Assembly (NCBI RefSeq): GCF_037042905.1 | Contig: NC_087245.1 | Location: 25,918,001-25,982,000 of the forward strand | Length of the DNA stretch: 64,000 bases | Direction of reading: 5' to 3' | Source of the DNA: Lytechinus pictus | Lineage: Eukaryota | Position numbers and translations under genes: made by a program | Notes under the pieces: generated by a model | Database searches by the model: none | Told to the model about the DNA's origin: nothing | What the model saw: the letters and a program-made list of their open reading frames with translations, nothing else | In this document: positions 53,227-64,000 of the stretch, piece after piece | How the letters are laid out: each line of letters opens with the position of its first letter | Position numbering within the stretch: position 1 is the stretch's first letter

Positions 53227-54436
53227 GGCTGCGTTTATGCGACCTCAAGCCAGAATCATGATTTGAATCATGATCTGAATCATGATTCAAAACACAATCA
53301 TGAATCACAATATCACAGAATCAGCGTTTAGACGGCCTTCATTCCAAAGCTGTTTCTTTGGAATCGGGCCGATCCAGTGCGCATCACTAGTGCGCAGTTT
53401 GACAGAGGAAGTAGAGGTCAACTTTTTTGCACATGTTTCGGCTTGCGAAAAATGAATCTTTTGCCTTCAGAATTCAGTCTCTTATACCTCATTTTGTTTA
53501 CTTCTATTCATCATGTCGATTTATCGCAATGGTTTTCGGAAGTGAATTTCAGCGTAGATCCAATTTAATATTGACACTATTAAAGATAAATTCCAGTTGT
53601 GGGGACGATCTCAAAATGACTTTTTTACAGAATTTAATATAATGATCACCAAAGTGTCTGTTTGTATACGTAAAAAATATGTGCCAAAGGATTCTGGAAG
53701 AAATTGTGTAATTGCTGAGAAATAAGCAAAATAAGCACGGATTCTGTCACTTCCGTCGGGTCTTTATTCCAGCAATAATAATAAACTGTCCCACGTGTGC
53801 CTATCTGTGTTGGCGATCTTCAGTGTGATCGTTTTTTAGCTTACATATTATGATTTCAAAAAGTTCAGTTTATGTAACTGTACCAGATCTAGATCCACGA
53901 TGATATAGTAATACTTAACCTTGGTTTTACAGACTTTCTCACGAAATCAGTATTTTACTGCAACTACTGTCATTTAGCTTTAACTCAACAACAACTGAGA
54001 TCATTGTCTGATCAGTTAGTTCATTTACGAGAACTTGAAGAACTTGAAGATATGACCAAAAAATGAAAAGCAATGGATGATGCGATGACCAACACAGAAC
54101 TTGAACATGATAAGAAATGCATAGCATGCATAGCACATACATACTGTACAATATAGCGCGCGCCTTGAATTGGCAAGAGTCAAACCGAAAGTAGCCCGAC
54201 ACAGTGACGTCATACAATCATGATTCAAATCACGATTGCGTTTATACGACCTTTTTGGTTCGTGATTCTACAGAAACGTCTTTCCAAATGCCCCTTTTTC
54301 CGTGTTCCATGTTTGTGATTTGAAAAACGTTTATTTTCACTTTTGACTAAACGCAATCGTGATTCTACAGAATCATGATTTGAATCATGATTCTAATCAT
54401 GATTCTAGGGTAAAAAAGTGGCGCATAAACGCACCC
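53227..54436. mobile_element. Non-autonomous PIF/Harbinger-like element
   Basis: TAA target duplication (53224-53226, 54437-54439); TIRs GGCTGCGTTTATGCG / CGCATAAACGCACCC; subterminal arrays of a GAATCATGATT unit. Confidence 0.85.
53584..53979. mobile_element. TTAA-flanked MITE (Kolobok-like) nested in the Harbinger-like element
   Basis: TTAA at 53580-53583 and 53980-53983; imperfect TIRs AGATAAATTCCAGTTGT / ACTACTGTCATTTAGCT. Confidence 0.75.
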
Positions 54437-57090
54437 TAAGATCCAACAGATCTTTAATGCCAGTCCACACTCGAAGCCTGTTTTGTATATTATTTTATAC
54501 TGTATTATCATTTTCGTTACTTTGTATTGCTCTTTCTTGCCATTGTGCAGGGATGCCACGAGGTGTCCTCCAAAAACCCTGAAATTTTTTTACGGGCAGG
54601 GGCAGTGTCCAAGGACAGTGACGCCTCCCTATAACATGTAGCAAAAGAGTTTCTCTAATTGAAGAAGAAACCCACAATGACACTTCATTGTTGGTGGTTT
54701 TGTGGGTAAATTTAGCAATAATTTTCCAAAATCACTCTGTGTTTGTAACATGATGCTTTTTAATAGAGAGTCAAGTGTATCTTACATGAAAATACCTCAG
54801 AATATACAATGAAATAAAACTGAAGAGAATATAAGAATGCCCTACAGTGTATGTGCAATAATACTTGTTACTTTCCTTGTAAGTAAATTTACTGAAGATC
54901 ATTCCAGTTAAAACAAATTGCAAAAAAAATTGTGTTCCCTCCTCAAAAAAAGTGTTGTTACAGCCTAACAGGAGAAAATACAGAGAATTGGGGTCCCCTT
55001 GTTGCAGAAAACGCAGAAGATGAAGGGTCCCCTCATCACAAAAATTGTTACAAGTAGTGAATTACCTTATTTCACTTTTAATTTTATCTTCTTGCCTTGT
55101 GCATGAATGGTTTCTATGGCCATCCTCTTTCTTGCATGGATAGGACTTGTGTTTCATAATCCAAAGACTCTGGTGATGATGGTCACAAGTATTTTCCCAC
55201 AAATATGTCAGCGCAAGCATACATGTATGTACAGTACATCTCTCATTCGGTCAATCAACATACAGAGCGATCGAGAGAGAGAGAGAGGGGGGATAGAAAG
55301 GATGGATATTCCGACTTTTTTTTTATACGGAAAACAGGAAAAGTCGGAAACCTGGAAATAAGACAGATAACAAGGAAAAATGAGAATTCCGAGTAAAACC
55401 GGAAAAGTGGCATCCCTGATTGTGTAATTTCTCATTTACCTGTATACAGGTTATTTGTATAGAGTGAAATGAAATAAATTGAATTGCATGATTACACACA
55501 AAGTTGGCATGCATATTCCTTACAATATGCCTGTGTTAATCAAATCTGCCCCCAAAAATAAATATATGACAAATTAATAGTTAGAAAAAAAGGACTATAA
55601 AAATGAATTAGGCAAATTCATGCATATGAAATAATCATTTGGGGGATGTCAACTTTAAACTGTTCATGGATACCGGTAATCATTATTATCTACATGTAAT
55701 CTGGGTCTGTGTGGGAGTGCTGTTCTCTTTCAGAGTGCAGTATTTTTGGTTTTTAGCTGCTAAATATACTTGGCATATGACATACAATCTAACCATGGAT
55801 TCTGTCAAAACTAGATACATGTATTCAGCTTTTCATAATGCAGATCTTTTATTATTCAAGCTCTGTCAACAAAAATAGATTCTAATATAATAGATTTTGC
55901 CAGAAGATTTTTTTTTCACCTACATTACAAAGGTTTTCAAGAAATTTGAACCAATTTGGCTGTAAAGAATGATTGTTGTTCTTCTTCACAAAGATTGAAA
56001 ATAACATAAATTTTGATAAATAGTTAGGGCTGCAATTACCATATAAAAAAGAGAAATGTTGCATTATCTGTTTCTATTTTCCATTGTCACTCAGGATCAA
56101 AGATTTTAAGAAAAAATATTTTATATCCCTTGCTTAAGATTGTTGCATGAAGAGTGTACACAAGGAGAAAACAAGTTTCCCATGAAATATTCAAATTCAA
56201 ATAAACATTTATTTTTCTTCCATTTCAAAAATTTGTATACATAAATTCATACAAAAATCAGTATGTCATGAAGAATATAAACATGTACATGTTATGTTTA
56301 TAATAGAAGAAGGCGTAAGACCTTAAAAACAAAGGCTCGTGGCGGGATACGCCTGTATACATAGGCTAAATACAAAACAGTGAATTCCAAATAAAGGACG
56401 AAGGACTAGAATAATTAATTTTCCTAACTGATGTTATGCATAGTCCATTATTCCAGAGGGAAAAAGTGAAATTTGCTTTTCTGAACTCCCCACCCCCGCC
56501 ATAAGCACACTGCACTCAAGACGTGTGCACTGTGCATGGCAACTCAAGCCATAACATGCTCATCTAATCTCTGCGCTTAACTGGGCTGCCTGCCAAGCTA
56601 GATATCAAAAGAGTTAGATGACAATTTATTTTGTTATGAATTTTATTTTTTGTCTTTATGTTGTACTTAATGTGATGAAGAATGATGCAGGCAGTAGGAA
56701 TTTTAAACAAATATACAGGCTTTTTCTTGGAACAAGCTGGAACTATTCACACTCAGGAACATCTACAAAGCCATTGGCCCTCGGGAGAAGGGCACATTTG
56801 ATGTTCCTTCAATGTGAATACCAGTAGTTTTAGACAGATCCATGAGCATCAGGGTAAATTTGCACAATACAACAGTACCCTTCTAAAAACCTTTGTCAAA
56901 CAAGTATTTCTAGAAAAATTGTTCATACATCTTGTTTCATATTTAAATCAAAATGTAGTCCCATGTATAATCTGGTACACAAAGAACCATGCAACAAGGA
57001 ACACAAGAATCTGCCGCATGCAATCGGATTCCAGTAATTTTTTTTCATTCAGGCATTCACACAATTCATGCTAATTGATTCTTTCTCAGC

Positions 57091-57583
57091 AAAAAGTCCC
57101 CATTTTTCCATTTTAGCACTCTCAAAATATTGCAGAAGTGGTTTGCAGTACACCGTGTGGAAAGTTCTAGAAAGGACTTAGAAAAAAGAATAGAGGTAGA
57201 CATGAAATGGATAGGCAAAAGAGTGGAGAGAAGTAGAAGAGGAGTCTCCTCTCCTGCTCCTCCTCAACAGCTCCACTTACAGACTCAAGCCAGTCTTATC
57301 TTATCTCTCCATGTAAAACCAGTCTTCTCTCATCTCTAAAACTACTCAAGCATTCACATCTCTCCAACTACTCAAGTTTTCAACTCTTTCTGGTTTACAG
57401 TCCTTGTAAGGACTAAACTTGATTTCAAAAGATAAATCTACTTTCTAGCCTCCCCTTTCTCGCCTATCAAATACACTTCTATTTCTATCTACTTTTTCTA
57501 GGACATTCTACATGGATATGGTGTACCGTAAACCACTTCTGCAATATTTTGAGAGTGCTAAAATGGAAAAATTGGGACTTTTT
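57091..57583. mobile_element. MITE-like element with ~50-bp near-perfect TIRs
   Basis: AAAAAGTCCCATTTTTCCATTTTAGCACTCTCAAAATATTGCAGAAGTGGTTT is mirrored at 57530-57583. Confidence 0.8.
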
Positions 57584-58827
57584 CATACCACCATGCAAAC
57601 CTTCAAACTTTATCTCTCAAAATATTGACATTCAAACCAAACCTAATACCAATGAAATTAAATTAAATGAAGTGGGATAGGCACGTAATATTTCATCATT
57701 TTCTTGTATTTGTTCGTCATCATCATCTCCCATCATGGTGGTTACCATGCTATCTGATGCAAGCTTTTCAGCTGCACCAGGCACAAGCGATCTCTGTACA
57801 GTTGATCCACTAATTTATACAGAGAGATATTACTCCAGTCAGTAGAGCTCAGTGAGTTGATCACAATGCAAATTTGACATTTTGAAGTAGGCAATTTGAC
57901 AACAAATAATAATATAGCAACCTCCTTTATAGTGGAATTCCTGCCAAAAGATGCTGTAGTCCCAATCCACCAACTTTCAACGAAAGCCTCTCAGCTCCCC
58001 ACTGTGATTTTAATTGCATTTTCAAATGAATCGATGCATTGTACAGACTTTCCCACCTAGTAAATGCAAAAATGCAATTCTTGGCACTACGATACTCATC
58101 CAAATTCTCCCTATACTTTCTTTTTCCGAGTGCCTCGGAATAGAACGGACACATACACAGACTGTAAAATCATTCATCTAATTGACAGGTAGACTACGTA
58201 CAGATCAAGGTCAGGAAGATATAGAAAGACATTTTAGGTCAAAATGAACTACAAACTAATAAAAATCAATAATAAACATAGTTTCCACACAATTTTGGAA
58301 AGCTGATGTTCAATATTGATTTTAAAAACGCTATAATTGTAAGGGGAAAATTTGTAAGGTGTAAATGTTGAAGAATCAATCCTGCCATTAAATTTGTTCT
58401 CCAATGCAAGCTTCTCTAACAAAAGAAACACATTGCACGTTTGAGCCATTTTCCATTCAAGAAAACAAGGTGCAATTAAAAACATCTCTAATTAAGACCA
58501 AAATTTATGGGAATGAATATGAGACAGAAATCAACTTTGCAAGATTATACGGATTAAATGTTATAGTCATATAAATATATTGTTGTTGTAAGAAAAGTTT
58601 CTATGATGTTGATTTTTAATGATCAATCACGCGATATTTCAACATCACAGAAGCACATTCAACATGAGTGATGAACAATCCAGTGTAAAGCTGACTTCTA
58701 TTTTTAACAATGAGCTACAAATATCTCAAATCAAATTCTAGATTAATGGGAACAAATATCTGACAGAAATTTTCTTTGTATGAGAAGGCCTAGGGCTCTA
58801 ACTGAGATCAAAATAACTTCAAGTTAA

Positions 58828-59415
58828 AGGAGAATGAAACCCTTGAAACTAGCTGAATCCATATCAAAGAGAAAAATCAAAGAAACATATTGTTGAAAGT
58901 TTGAGGAAGATTGAATGAATAATAAGAAAGTTATGAGCATTTGAATATTGAGATCACTAGTGCCATGTAGATCCTCCCATCGGCAATGCGACCAAGATCT
59001 GTGATATCACACACGTACATGTACAACTCCCTCATTACTTTAGTACTTATTTCACTTATATTCTCACTTTTATAGAGTCTATCACAAGGTTAGGTGTTTT
59101 CTTTATGAGATGACAAGTACAGAGGTTTCACAACATTATATCATTGATGAATCGTTTGTCATATGATTAGAATGAGCAAAAAGAGATGTTTTGGGGTATA
59201 TTTTCAGTGTCTGAATGGGAGAGTTGTACGTGTGTGACATCACAGATCTTGGTCGCATTGCCAATGGGAGGATCTCCATAGCATTAGTGATCTCGACATT
59301 CAAATGCTCATAACTCTTTTATTGCTAGTCCTATTTACTCAAAGTTTTGTTGATCTTATTCTTTGATTTTTCTGCTTTCACAAAAGCTAACTTGCTCCAA
59401 GAGTTTCATTCTCCT
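58828..59415. mobile_element. TTAA-flanked MITE (Kolobok-like) with ~200-bp inverted arms
   Basis: TTAA-AGGAGAATGAAAC ... GTTTCATTCTCCT-TTAA; internal GGCAATGCGACCAAGATCTGTGAT is mirrored. Confidence 0.9.
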
Positions 59416-59765
59416 TTAATGGGAAATATAAAGCATCAGAGACAAAGAGTCCAAACAAGGTCTGTGAATATTATTCAAATACTTGACAATGCTGTCCATC
59501 ATTTTAAGTATATCCAATTGCACCTCTCCCCCCTTTTGCCATTTTCATAAATGTAATAGGTGAAACGACTGTCTCCAAACGTGCATCGGAGCTCTATAGC
59601 ATAGACGGCAGACCGGTTTTCAAATCAATTCAACTCAGGCTTAAACAAGACCAAACATATAGATATAACAACAGCCTATATTCTGAACTCAGGTTTTTAT
59701 TCAAACTCTGGTCTAAAGTTGTGGTTTAACAACCAATAGCCAATTGTGACACACTAATAGTACAG

Positions 59766-59973
59766 GGGGGTGTTTCACAAAGATCTAAGTATGACTTAGA
59801 ATCACACTTAAATGCCTAGTTGCGTGCAGCATAAAAGGCATAACCCCATTGGTCAGATCATGCGAAGACGCGCACTACTGCGTATTGATCAATCAAATTG
59901 CGCGTTGCATTTGAGACATGCGTCGGTATTTAAGTGCAATTTCATCATACTCAAATCTTGGTGAAACACTCCC
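59766..59973. mobile_element. Short MITE (Harbinger-like)
   Basis: CAG-GGGGGTGTTTCACAAAGATCTAAGTATGA ... TCATACTCAAATCTTGGTGAAACACTCCC inverted ends. Confidence 0.7.
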
Positions 59974-60274
59974 CAAGTTCAACTTATCAGCTCATTGACA
60001 CTGGAATCTTTGATAACTGTCGTGGTATAATAATTAATATAAGTTTTCTTCAACATCAAAACCTGAGTTTAGAGCGAAGTAAATAGACTTTTGACAATCT
60101 TGGCTTCCCACAAGTTTAGTAGAGTTTGTAGCCCAAGTTAAGAATACAAGCAAGTATGTGTAACTTGCAAGATGATATTTAGGAATGTAATGACATTTTA
60201 TATAGATTGATGAGTATTTTCCTGAATTTGTGTGTTCACAGATTTCAAGGATGTGAATAGAGGTATATTCTCAC

Positions 60275-60340
60275 CTTTTGTTGATTTACTTGGTTCTTGA
60301 AGTGATAGTTCCATGGCCAACTTGACATCATCATCAAAAC
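60275..60340 (-). CDS. ANKIB1: ANKIB1 exon (66 nt, UIM-like motif 3)
   Basis: AAG acceptor and AG|GTGAG donor, phase 1-1; encodes FDDDVKLAMELSLQEPSKSTK. Confidence 0.85.
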
Positions 60341-61893
60341 CTTGAATTATAGCAAAAAAGGACAAGAAACAATGTTTATCAATCAGTCCGAATGTCATAA
60401 GCACGTCTCTCTTGAAAAATGTTGAAAAACTTTATCTACTCAGTGTGGTCTGCAGTATGAAGTGTACTGTGCAGTGGTAGGGGAGGATATTGTTATAAAA
60501 TAATTATTGTTGGTTAAAACGATGGGAGAATCTATCTCTTGTGAAGTGATTTGTATGTAGCTACATGTACCTTCCAAAGTGAAGCTGAAGGAAATAGCAT
60601 TTACATTCATATTTCTGAGGGAGTCATTGTTTGTCCCATTCACTTTTTTTGTTAGCCAAAAATTATTATTTGCTTTAAATAACACATTAGAAATAGTCTA
60701 ATTATAGAATGAGAGGTGTATGAAATACCTCAAACAAATCATACAGCCAAATCAATATTTAAGCTTAGAAAACCCATTATTCCTAATAAACTGCATGCCC
60801 TTTGCTTCTATAGTATAAGTACTTGATCGGTTTAAATGCATTTAATGTAGATATAAGTACTACTTCATGCTTGTTCATATTTGTTCAACAGTGGGTAAGA
60901 TAGTAGTTTAGTACACAGTTTACTAAATTTTATATAAGAAAATAGCACTATGCACTTATACCAACGATAGTACAAAGAGCAATGCATTTTGGTTTTTTTT
61001 TAATGCTCCTGATTATGATAAACTCTGTTATTTTTCCATAAACCAAAATCGTTTACTTGAGAGATCACTGAAAAGCAGAAAACTATAAAAGGAAAATTTG
61101 CAATTCAATGTTTAAAATAGACTGACTGTTCAACTATAAAATCTAAGCAATTTTTAAATCTTCAACACTCGATAGCTCATTTTAACAGTTACTATCGTCA
61201 CTGTGTTACCTATTTTAACTTCTCTTTTAGAATGTCATTTATGACTACTTTGAACTCTTGGTTTATCTTGTATACAAAGTAACCATTGCTATTCAATCTC
61301 TTGACAATGTTTTTAAACACTTTTCTTCAATAAAATCCAATCAATCACTCAATCAATTTACTTTTCACAAATCAGACAGCAAATTCTACATATACTGTAA
61401 GTGTACATCTAACATTTCATGTAGTGTATGGATGAATGCACATGTTACACTGGGTGAACACAAACTGCAATGAATTCAGACATTTGTCTATTCCATTTCT
61501 ATATATATTTATATTCAAAATGGCATATATCATGCTCCATTTAATAATCATATCAGAGAAAAAAATATTACATATAAAATGTCTTTCTTCATGGATTGTT
61601 AAGAGCTCTGTTTATCAATATACATGATCTAACCAAGTTATCATGAAAAGCCGAATGTGATTTTCAATATATTGTAAAAGCTGAATAAAAAAATCATGAC
61701 ACTAAACTTTCAAGAATAAGATAATCAAGTTTGGTTGAGCAGTAGGGAGCAATACTCATCATATGAGTGTCACATTTCTTGTATCAAATACACATGTACG
61801 TAATTGGTAAACTAGAGGCTGGAGATTTTTTGTGTCAATTTGTAGCGAAATAACAAAGACCCAATAGATCATGTCATAACAATAATTACTTAC

Positions 61894-61973
61894 TATCTAA
61901 GAATGAGGTCTGAGGATCTTTTCGTTTTGGACTCTTTCCTCTAATAGGAGACAATTTAGAAGAGCGCTGAGAG
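61894..61973 (-). CDS. ANKIB1: ANKIB1 exon (80 nt linker, not in ORF track)
   Basis: TTTTTTTTAACTTACAG acceptor and A|GTAAGT donor; phase 2-1, exactly what is needed to join the flanking exons; encodes SQRSSKLSPIRGKSPKRKDPQTSFLD. Confidence 0.8.
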
Positions 61974-62415
61974 CTGTAAGTTAAAAAAAAACATAGTTTA
62001 CACACAAGTTCATTGTCCCTCAATTATAAAATGTTCATTCATATTACAATATACTTTGAATCCATAAGATGATATACAAGTAAATCTGGTTGTGAATGCA
62101 GTTATATAAAAAAAAAAAAAAAAAACACAAGTATATGACATACGTAATTCTGTAAAATATCAAATTTAAGAATTAAAAGGCTTTTGAATAATGAATTATT
62201 TCCTAGAGAATTCACTTCTCTTTTTGAAGAACAGGACTGCCACAAAATGATTTAGTTTCCTTTCTCTTTTTTCCCATTGTTTGAACATTCTTTTAAAGCA
62301 AAGAATGACCACCCACATGTATATGAGCTTTAATATTTGGAAAGCTCACAATATTCTGATGAGGACAAACTTATGTTATTCCATCATTTTTTGCAATCCA
62401 GGAAAACACCCCTAC

Positions 62416-62584
62416 CTTGTAGATGGACTGCTCCCATCACCAGCATTCTGTTGTTCAGTATCGGTACTAGAAGAGGGTTGATCCACTCTGGTAGAAGGGG
62501 TGTCCAGCATCTCTGTTTGTTGCATAAGAAGAAGCTGGGACATCTCTAAAGCACGTAACAACCCTGCAGTCATGGTGGACGACC
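62416..62584 (-). CDS. ANKIB1: ANKIB1 exon (169 nt, UIM-like motif 2)
   Basis: Acceptor TGTGTTCTCAAAG and donor AG|GTAGGG, phase 1-2; encodes SSTMTAGLLRALEMSQLLLMQQ...DGSSPST. Confidence 0.8.
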
Positions 62585-63099
62585 CTTTGAGAACACAATG
62601 ATACAATCAACATTCAAATTAATTTCTGAAACCATTACAATTAATAATTTACCCTGACTAAGCTAGAAAAAAATATGAGGAAAGTAAGGGTATAATTGCT
62701 GTGTTTTTTTATACAATTATACCAAAGATCCTAATTAAAGTATTAGCTTTGATTGGGTGTGTGCAGCCACACGTGATTCAGTACTTGACTCTTATCATTT
62801 TTTTTCTTCTGAATGCATACAGTCCTGTCCAATCACCCCCCCCCCCCCCCCCTCAATCTCTGGATAAGAGATCACAAAAGATTTGGGTGTGAAAACTGCC
62901 ATGTCACCAACATCTTTTAGCAAGGCAGTGATATACATTTGCCACACTCTACCTGCCAGGAATTTATTCCTGGAAATGCTTAAGTGCCTAATTGACAAAT
63001 ACTACATTCAAGGAAGGGTAATAATTGTGGAGCGCCATGAGTGTCATATCTGACAGACACCAGTGTGATACAAGAACCAGCTATTATTCATGTACATAC

Positions 63100-63238
63100 C
63101 TCCTTGAGTGTGTTCACTCCCAATCTTGCTTGTGCTGAAATCGGGTGTTGAATCCTCTCCATCTTGTTCCGATTTCTGAGACTGTGCCATAGCATCTTGG
63201 ATGGATTCTTCAATCGCACGTCTAAGAGCTTCATCATT
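63100..63238 (-). CDS. ANKIB1: ANKIB1 exon (139 nt, UIM-like motif 1)
   Basis: AAG acceptor and AG|GTATGT donor, phase 0-1; encodes NDEALRRAIEESIQDAMAQSQK...EHTQG. Confidence 0.82.
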
Positions 63239-63254
63239 CTTAATTTTAAGAAAT

Positions 63255-63366
63255 AATAAGAGTAATAATAATAATAATAATAATGATAATAATAATAACA
63301 ATCATAATAATGATAATGATAATAACAATCATTATAATAATAATAATAATAATGATAATAATAATA
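63255..63366. repeat. (AAT)n microsatellite in a short intron
   Basis: Imperfect AAT run immediately upstream of the 63238 acceptor on the minus strand. Confidence 0.9.
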
Positions 63367-63539
63367 GAATATTCAGAAGCGCTAAAAACTAACAGTAACA
63401 TAGTGTATAAAAGCAGAAATTATGAGATGGTGGGTATATTTTTTCATATTATTACAATATTCAGGTGCAAAATGATTAAGAATTTCGAAGATATATAAAA
63501 AAAAACTTTAAGCTGTTCAATGCATTAATGAAAGCCTAC

Positions 63540-63779
63540 CTCATCGGCGGAGTCATCATCCCAGGTCTGATAGGACCATGATGAACTGGTTCTTCTCCTT
63601 CTTTGCGGTGAATCAGAGGATACATCCGGTGGAAGAAAGCCTTTACTGACAGCTGAAAGAAACTCATATCGTTTCCTCTTGGTAAGATGGGCTGCTTGGA
63701 TGATCTTGGTCCGCGGTGTCCTCAAGTAGTTCCTTGCAACCATTTGGGATAGATTCTCTGATGCTTCCTCTAATTCGTT
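63540..63779 (-). CDS. ANKIB1: ANKIB1 exon (240 nt, helical region after RING2)
   Basis: CAG acceptor and GAG|GTAGGC donor, phase 0-0. NELEEASENLSQMVARNYLRTPRTKIIQAAHLTKRKRYEFLSAVSKG resembles the vertebrate ANKIB1 segment I recall as ..YLRTPRHKIIKAA..KRQEFL.. (from memory, not searched). Upstream exons lie beyond the window. Confidence 0.88.
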
Positions 63780-64000
63780 CTGAGTAATTATGAGGTGAAC
63801 AAAATTTATACAATATTTAGATATTGGTTATACATGGATGTGTTACATGAATCTGTTTATAAAGACCACCTCATCATAAAGACTGCTGTTTATGTCTCCC
63901 CTAGGCAGTTTTTACAGAGTTGTTTGACTGAATCCCAGAAAATAGTCTATAAAGACCACCAACTCATTGTTTTTATCTCTTTTTCTTATCAGGTAAAAGT

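Noticed and set aside
57680..57809. Possible extra ANKIB1 exon encoding ..GDDDDEQIQENDEILRA..
   Set aside because: The open frame needs phase 2 but the upstream exon ends in phase 1; there is no convincing donor, and 60275 joins 51385 in frame without it.

Overview
AT-rich, repeat-dense eukaryotic DNA with spliceosomal introns, most likely an invertebrate deuterostome; the repeat landscape suggests sea urchin, but that is an inference. Two protein-coding genes can be reconstructed, both on the minus strand. (1) The 3' part of an ANKIB1 (ankyrin/IBR RBR E3 ligase) orthologue has six phase-compatible coding exons between 63779 and 50031, three UIM-like motifs and a long Ser-rich terminal exon. 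(2) A complete two-exon prostanoid-receptor-like class A GPCR (33995-33129 joined to 3612-3343, 378 aa) is split after TM6 by a 29.5 kb phase-0 intron; its TM7 exon is absent from the ORF track. The rest is intronic or intergenic: two decayed L2/CR1-group LINEs, tRNA-derived SINEs, many non-autonomous DNA transposons (TTAA-flanked Kolobok-like and 3-bp-target Harbinger-like, two of them nested), a ~180-bp tandem array and simple repeats. I cannot support a wholly new biological system. The best leads are the GPCR's altered ligand-binding motifs, the exon-modular UIM array of ANKIB1, and a diverged inverted ~200-bp pair inside the GPCR intron, each copy followed by an ATG|GT donor-like site.
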